DNA of 64,000 bases from Candidatus Limnocylindrales bacterium. GTDB lineage: Bacteria; Chloroflexota; Limnocylindria; Limnocylindrales; CSP1-4. The notes beneath the pieces were generated by a model. That model did no database searches. It was given only the letters and a program-made list of their open reading frames with translations, and was not told the origin of the DNA. This document shows positions 59,001 through 64,000 of this stretch, piece after piece. Location of the stretch: NCBI GenBank assembly GCA_036559965.1, contig DATBSD010000136.1, positions 1,640 to 65,639 on the forward strand. The letters run 5' to 3'. Every line of letters starts with the position of its first letter. Within the stretch, counting starts at the first letter, position 1. The translations under genes and the position numbers were made by a program.

Positions 59001-60569
59001 GTGAGCAAGGTGGTGACCGTCCGGGAGGCGGTCGGGCTGGTCGAGGACGGCGACACGCTCGTCATCGGCGGCTCGGGTGCCGGTCACGCGGTGCCGCAGC
59101 GTTTCATCGACGAGCTCGCCGCGGTCTTCCAGGCCGACGCCCGGCCGCGCGACCTGACGACGGTCCGCGTGGTGGGCATCGGCGACTTCGCCGATCGGGG
59201 CTTCTCGCAGCTCGGCCTGCCCGGGCTCATGCGTCGGACCATCGGCAGCAATATCGGCAACGAGCCGCGCCTCGGCGCGCTGGTCGAGGCCGACGAGCTG
59301 GAGGCGTACTCGTTCCCGCAGGGTGTCCTGTCACAGCTCATGCGGGAGATCGCCGCCGGCCGGCCGGGCCTCGTGACCCAGGTCGGTCTGGGTACGTACG
59401 TCGACCCACGCCAGACGGGTGGCAAGCAGAATCTGGGTACGACCGAGGACCTCGTGGAGGTCGTCACGCTGCGCGGGCGCGAGTGGCTGCTCTTCCATGC
59501 CTTTGCCATCGACGTCGCCGTCATCCGCGGCACGACCGCCGACGAGGACGGCAACCTGACCATGGAGGGCGAGGCGGTCCAGGCGGAGATGCTGGCCATG
59601 GCCATGGCCGCCCACAACAGCGGCGGCATCGTCATCGCCCAGGTCCGCGAGCTGGCGCCGCGCGGTAGCCTCCCGCTGCGCGACGTCAAGGTGCCGGGCG
59701 CCCTCGTCGATCACGTCTTCGTCGATGCCGACCAGTGGCAGACCTACATCACGCAGGACTCGCCCTACTACGCCGGCGCCGAGCGACGTCCCGTAGCCGA
59801 CGAGCCGCCGCTGCCGCTCGACGTGCGCAAGATCATCGCCCGCCGGTCGCTGCTCGAGTTCCCGCCCGGTGCCATCTGCAACCTGGGCTTCGGCATCAGC
59901 CAGCTCATCGGGCGGGTGGCCTGGGAGGAGGGCATCACCGACCAGCTTGTGCTGACCGTGGAGCAGGGCATCTTCGGCGGCGTCCCGGTCGCGGGCAACG
60001 AGGGTGGCGCCGGCTTCAACTACCAGGCGATGATCGACCAGCCCGACATGTTCGGGTTCTACGACGGTGGTGGCCTCGACATCGCGAGCCTCTCGTTCGC
60101 CGAGGTCGACGCCGAGGGCAACGTCAACGTGCACGCCTTTGAGGGTCGCATCCGCGGTCCGGGCGGCTTCCCGAACATCAGCTCCCGGACCCCCCACATC
60201 AACTTCGTGGGCACGCTCACCGCCCAGGGCCTCGAGCTGGCCATCGACGATGGCGTGCGCGTGGTGCGCGAGGGCAGCGTCGGCAAGTTCGTGCCGGCCG
60301 TGCGCCAGATCTCGTTCAACGGTCGCCTCGCCCGTGAGCTGGGCCAGCAGGTCCGCTACATCACCGACCGCGCGGTCTTCGCGCTCGGCGACGACGGGCT
60401 CGTGCTCACGGAGGTCGCCCCGGGCATCGACGTCGAGCGCGACGTACTCGATCGGATGGGCTTCCGGCCGCGCGTGTCGGACGATCTGCGGCCCATGGAC
60501 CAGCGGATCTATGCGACCGGACCGATGGGCCTGGCAGCCGACTTCGCGGCCCGGTCGGGCGCCGCGTGA
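59001..60569 (+). CDS. fused alpha/beta acyl-CoA:3-ketoacid/acetate CoA-transferase (family I, YdiF-like)
   Basis: GTG start; 522 aa; N-half GGSGAGHAVPQRF... and C-half EQGIFGGVPVAGNEGGAGFNYQ / GGFPNI resemble the two CoA-transferase subunits fused. Confidence 0.75.
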   Translation: MSKVVTVREAVGLVEDGDTLVIGGSGAGHAVPQRFIDELAAVFQADARPRDLTTVRVVGIGDFADRGFSQLGLPGLMRRTIGSNIGNEPRLGALVEADELEAYSFPQGVLSQLMREIAAGRPGLVTQVGLGTYVDPRQTGGKQNLGTTEDLVEVVTLRGREWLLFHAFAIDVAVIRGTTADEDGNLTMEGEAVQAEMLAMAMAAHNSGGIVIAQVRELAPRGSLPLRDVKVPGALVDHVFVDADQWQTYITQDSPYYAGAERRPVADEPPLPLDVRKIIARRSLLEFPPGAICNLGFGISQLIGRVAWEEGITDQLVLTVEQGIFGGVPVAGNEGGAGFNYQAMIDQPDMFGFYDGGGLDIASLSFAEVDAEGNVNVHAFEGRIRGPGGFPNISSRTPHINFVGTLTAQGLELAIDDGVRVVREGSVGKFVPAVRQISFNGRLARELGQQVRYITDRAVFALGDDGLVLTEVAPGIDVERDVLDRMGFRPRVSDDLRPMDQRIYATGPMGLAADFAARSGAA

Positions 60570-60582
60570 CACCGAGGGTCAC

Positions 60583-61362
60583 GTGAGCGGCCTCATCGAC
60601 CTCCAGCTCGGGCGGGTCGCCCACCTCACGTTCGTCAACCCGCCGCTCAACCTGGTCACGCGCGAGCTGCTCGAAGCGCTCGGCGCCGCCCTCGACGTGC
60701 TGGCCGATGCGGCGCCAGGAGACGTCCGGGCGGTCGTCGTGACCGGGACCGGCGAGCGAGCCTTCTCCGCCGGCTCACACGTCGGTGAGTTCGAGGCGCA
60801 ACGCGGGCCCGAAGGCCGGGCTCGTCATGAGCTCGAGTCGGGCGCGGCCAGACGCCTCGCCGAGCTGCCGATGCCGACCATCGCCGCCATCGAGGGCAAC
60901 GCGCTGGGCGGCGGCCTCGAGCTCGCGCTGTGCTGCGACCTGCGCATCGCCAGCGAGCAGGCACGCCTCGGCTTGCCCGAGGTGCGCCTGGCCGTGACGC
61001 CCGGCGCCGGCGGCACGCAACGGCTGCCGCGCGTCGTCGGTGCGGCCCGAGCGCGGGAGCTCATCCTGACCGGCCGGGTGCTGACCGCGGCGGAGGCCGA
61101 GCGCATCGGCCTCGTCAGCGAGGTCGTACCGGCCGGCACGGCGGTCGCGCGTGCGACCGTCATCGCCGAGGACATCGCCGCTCGCGGGCCGTTGGCCGTC
61201 CGCGAAGCCAAGCGGCTCATCGGCCTCGCGACCGAGGTCGACATCGACGCCGGTCTGGCGGCCGAACTCGACGCGTCCGATCGCGTCTTCGCCAGCGAGG
61301 ACATGCGCGAGGGCGCACGCTCGTTCTTCGAGAAACGCGAACCGGACTATCGCGGACGATGA
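60583..61362 (+). CDS. enoyl-CoA hydratase/isomerase (crotonase family)
   Basis: AIEGNALGGGLELALCCDLRIAS, oxyanion-hole pattern, 259 aa. Confidence 0.85.
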   Translation: MSGLIDLQLGRVAHLTFVNPPLNLVTRELLEALGAALDVLADAAPGDVRAVVVTGTGERAFSAGSHVGEFEAQRGPEGRARHELESGAARRLAELPMPTIAAIEGNALGGGLELALCCDLRIASEQARLGLPEVRLAVTPGAGGTQRLPRVVGAARARELILTGRVLTAAEAERIGLVSEVVPAGTAVARATVIAEDIAARGPLAVREAKRLIGLATEVDIDAGLAAELDASDRVFASEDMREGARSFFEKREPDYRGR

Positions 61363-61395
61363 GGCTGCACACAGGCGACAGGAGGGATCTCGTCC

Positions 61396-62439
61396 ATGGC
61401 TGATGTCGGACGCTTCGGGGTGTTCCTGCCCTCGTACATCTGGGAGGGCGACGGCCCGGAACGCGCTCGCGGCATCAAGTCGTTCGCCCGACGGGTCGAG
61501 GAGCTCGGCTTCGACAGCCTGTTCATCACCGACCACCTCCTGGCGGCTCGGCGCTTCTACTCGGTCAACTGGCTCGAGCCGCTCACCGCACTGGCCGTCG
61601 CCGCCGGGGCGACCGAGCGCGTCCGACTGGGGACCTCGATCCTCATCATGCCGCTGCGCAACCCGGTCATCCTGGCCAAGGAGCTGGCCACGCTCCAGTT
61701 CCTGTCCGAGGACCGCGTCATCCTGGGCGCCGGCGTGGGCTGGAACGAGGCCGAATACGAGGCCGTCGGGGTCCACAAGTCGGAGCGTGGCAAGCGGACC
61801 GACGAGATGCTCGACATCATGATGCCGCTGCTCGAAGGCGAGCGGGTCACCTATCAGGGCCAGTTCTACGCCGTGGACGACGTGTTCATCGAGCCGCGAA
61901 CCGCGCAGCGGCCGCTGCTCTGGATCGGCGGCGGCTCGCAGCTGGCCGACCCCAAGTCGCCCGACGTGCCGAAGTTCGTGAAGTCGGTCAAGGCCCGGAC
62001 CGTGAGGGCTGATGGCTGGATCCCCCGTCCCACCTGCCCGCCCCAGGACATCGCCCGCGACTGGCAGGAGCTCCAGGTCGCGATGCGCGAGGCCGGCAAG
62101 GATCCGTCCGACACGCTCGTCGCGCATGAGAACTTCCTGCACCTCGTGCTGACGAACGATCCGGTCAAGGCACGTGAGGAGCAGCACGAGGCGTTCCTCA
62201 AGGTCATGAGCAACGAGCGCGGGCCGAAGTACCTCGAGTCGGTCTACCTGTTCGGGACACCCGACGAGGTCATCGCCGAGCTCCAGGCGCGGATCGACGC
62301 CGGTGTCGAATACTTCTTCCTGCACACCATGACGCCCGACCCGGACCAGCTCCAACACTGGATCGACGAGGTCATCCCCAACGTCACGTTCCCGGCCACG
62401 GTCGGGCCGGTCCGTCGCCCGCCGTCGGCCTGGCGATGA
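61396..62439 (+). CDS. LLM-class (luciferase-like) flavin/F420-dependent oxidoreductase
   Basis: FGVFLP, SLFITDHL, LGTSILIMPLRNPVILAKELATL blocks of the bacterial luciferase fold. Confidence 0.75.
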   Translation: MADVGRFGVFLPSYIWEGDGPERARGIKSFARRVEELGFDSLFITDHLLAARRFYSVNWLEPLTALAVAAGATERVRLGTSILIMPLRNPVILAKELATLQFLSEDRVILGAGVGWNEAEYEAVGVHKSERGKRTDEMLDIMMPLLEGERVTYQGQFYAVDDVFIEPRTAQRPLLWIGGGSQLADPKSPDVPKFVKSVKARTVRADGWIPRPTCPPQDIARDWQELQVAMREAGKDPSDTLVAHENFLHLVLTNDPVKAREEQHEAFLKVMSNERGPKYLESVYLFGTPDEVIAELQARIDAGVEYFFLHTMTPDPDQLQHWIDEVIPNVTFPATVGPVRRPPSAWR

Positions 62440-63293
62440 CCCGTCGCGTCGGCCTGATCGGCCAGCCGCTCAAGCGCCGGCACTCGCAGGTCATGCACGA
62501 TGCCGCCTTCGCGGCGGCCGGCATCGACGCCCGCTACGTCCTCCTCGAGCTCGATGCCGACGAAGTCCCCGACGCCGTGACCGCGGCCCGGGGGCCCGAC
62601 TGGCTCGGCCTCCAGGTCACGGCGCCGTACAAGCGCTTCGTCGCGGGCCTGTGCGACCGGGTGGAGGCCGACGCCGAGGCGATCGGCGCGGTCAACAGCG
62701 TGGCCACAGGCACCGACGGCGAGCTCGTCGGCTTCAACACCGATGCGCCGGGCTTCCGCGCCGGCGTGGAGCTGGCCATGGGTCGCTCCCTCGCCGGAGC
62801 CGATGTCGTGGTCGCGGGCGCGGGCGGGGCCGCCCACGCCGTCGTGCACACGTGCCTCCGCGCGGGCGCCGCGCACGTCGTCGTCGGCAGTCGCACCCTG
62901 GGGTCGGCCGAGGCGCTCGCGACGCGCTTCGCGGGTCTGGGCGGAGCTACGGTCGACGCCTTGACGCTCGGCGGCGCCGACTTCACGACCGCCCTCGGAA
63001 CGGCCGACCTGGCCGTCAATGCCACCACCGTCGGCATGCTCGATCCAGGCATGACCATCGATGTCGGCGCGCTGCCGGCCGGCGCGACCGTCTTCGACCT
63101 CGTCTACGTGCCCCCGGAGACGCCGCTCCTGGCCGCCGCGCGGGCGCGCGGCCTGCGCGGGGCGAACGGGTCGGAGATGCTCATCGCCCAGGCCGCGGTC
63201 GCCTTCGAGCGCTGGACCGGGCGGGGCGACATGACCGATGTCATGCGCGCGGCCGTGGCGCCCCTGCTTGCCGACGTCGCCGCGCCGGCCTGA
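62436..63293 (+). CDS. shikimate/quinate 5-dehydrogenase family
   Basis: ATGA overlap; GLIGQPLKRRHSQVMHDAAF, GAVNSV, GFNTDAPGF, VVAGAGGAAHAV Rossmann motif. Confidence 0.8.
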   Translation: MTRRVGLIGQPLKRRHSQVMHDAAFAAAGIDARYVLLELDADEVPDAVTAARGPDWLGLQVTAPYKRFVAGLCDRVEADAEAIGAVNSVATGTDGELVGFNTDAPGFRAGVELAMGRSLAGADVVVAGAGGAAHAVVHTCLRAGAAHVVVGSRTLGSAEALATRFAGLGGATVDALTLGGADFTTALGTADLAVNATTVGMLDPGMTIDVGALPAGATVFDLVYVPPETPLLAAARARGLRGANGSEMLIAQAAVAFERWTGRGDMTDVMRAAVAPLLADVAAPA

Positions 63294-63298
63294 CGGCG

Positions 63299-64000
63299 AT
63301 GCGACTGGCGACGATCCTCGGCGACGACGGCCCGCGCGTCGGAGTCGTCCGCGACGACCAAGTCATCGCGCTGGAGCCGTCGGTCGGCATGCGCCGCGTC
63401 GCGGTGGCCGCCGATGCCCTGCCACGGATCGGTGACTGGGTCGAAGCCCAGCCGGTCGCTGCCTGGCGTCCGCTCGCCGGCGTGACGCTCGGCCCTGCGG
63501 TCCCCGACCCGGGTGCCATCTACACGGTCGGCCTCAACTACGACGGACCGGGCGCGGTGCCGCGCCCCGACGCCCCGCTGATCTACGGCAAGGCGGTCAC
63601 CTCCGTCGCGGGGCACGGTGCGACGCTCGCCTGGGATCGGGCGGTGACCGATGACGTCGATGCCGAGATCGAGCTCGGCGTGGTCATGGGCGCGAACGGC
63701 ACGATCTTCGGCTACACCTGCCTCAACGACATCTCGGCGCGCGACGAGGCACTCGACGGCGACCAGTGGCTGCTCGGCAAGTCGATGCCCGGCTTCTGCC
63801 CGGTCGGACCGTGGATCGTGACCGCCGACGCGTTCGACCCGATCGACGTCCGATTAACGTGCACGATCAGCGGAGCGCTGATCCAGGACGGCCGGACCTC
63901 GCACATGCGCCACGGTATCGCGGACATCATCACCTACCTTCGCCGGCACCTCGAGCTCCGGCCCGGCGATCTCATCGCCACCGGCACGCCGGTCCGGCTC
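63299..64000 (+). CDS. fumarylacetoacetate-hydrolase (FAH) family hydratase/decarboxylase, 3' end beyond window
   Basis: My own translation: ...IYTVGLNYDGP..., EIELGVVMG, catalytic-lysine region WLLGKSMPGFCPVGPW typical of FAH/HpcE-like proteins. Confidence 0.7.
   Translation, partial: MRLATILGDDGPRVGVVRDDQVIALEPSVGMRRVAVAADALPRIGDWVEAQPVAAWRPLAGVTLGPAVPDPGAIYTVGLNYDGPGAVPRPDAPLIYGKAVTSVAGHGATLAWDRAVTDDVDAEIELGVVMGANGTIFGYTCLNDISARDEALDGDQWLLGKSMPGFCPVGPWIVTADAFDPIDVRLTCTISGALIQDGRTSHMRHGIADIITYLRRHLELRPGDLIATGTPVRL

Overview
High-GC (~70%) chromosomal segment that looks actinobacterial. It is densely coding, with many 4-nt ATGA/GTGA stop/start overlaps. I found no rRNA, tRNA, CRISPR array, transposase or integrase. 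Many ORF-track entries are long N-terminal extensions or opposite-strand shadow ORFs typical of high-GC DNA; I placed starts at internal ATG/GTG codons using conserved N-termini, RBS-like GGAGG/AAGGAG motifs and coupling with upstream stops. Gene content by coordinate: amino-acid catabolism genes (class-III aminotransferase, P5C-type aldehyde dehydrogenase) at 1-3.3 kb; a membrane-anchored SbcCD/YhaON-like nuclease pair at 5.9-9.2 kb; adenosine deaminase at 11.1-12.2 kb; an unusually complete pentose-phosphate supercluster (tkt-pgi-gnd-zwf-opcA-pgl) at 12.2-20.6 kb; a PfkB kinase, an S9 peptidase and pseudouridine-5'-phosphate glycosidase at 20.6-24.7 kb; an ABC-2 exporter operon with two unusual small proteins at 24.9-28.6 kb; an EamA, HAD-type phosphatase and DUF4032 group at 28.7-31.7 kb; and pyrG plus two transaldolase-family genes at 32.0-36.5 kb. 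The most unusual feature is a six-gene, fully translationally coupled operon at 36.5-45.0 kb. It combines a CoxM/CoxS/CoxL-type molybdenum hydroxylase with a dismantled pyruvate-phosphate-dikinase-like phosphorelay: a PPDK N-terminal ATP-grasp plus phospho-His domain protein that lacks the PEP/pyruvate TIM barrel, a second protein with a novel N-terminal domain plus a PEP-utilizer phospho-His swivel domain, and an HprK-like P-loop kinase. I do not recognise this architecture from any described system and cannot verify that without a database search. The last 10 kb is a catabolic cluster (DapA-like lyase, GMC oxidoreductase, ALDH, SDRs, CoA transferase, crotonase, LLM oxidoreductase, shikimate-DH-like, FAH). 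A RelE/ParE-type toxin-antitoxin pair and a small secreted tandem-repeat peptide next to a DinB-family gene are also present. All functional calls rest on motif-level recognition from the translated sequence; no homology searches could be run.
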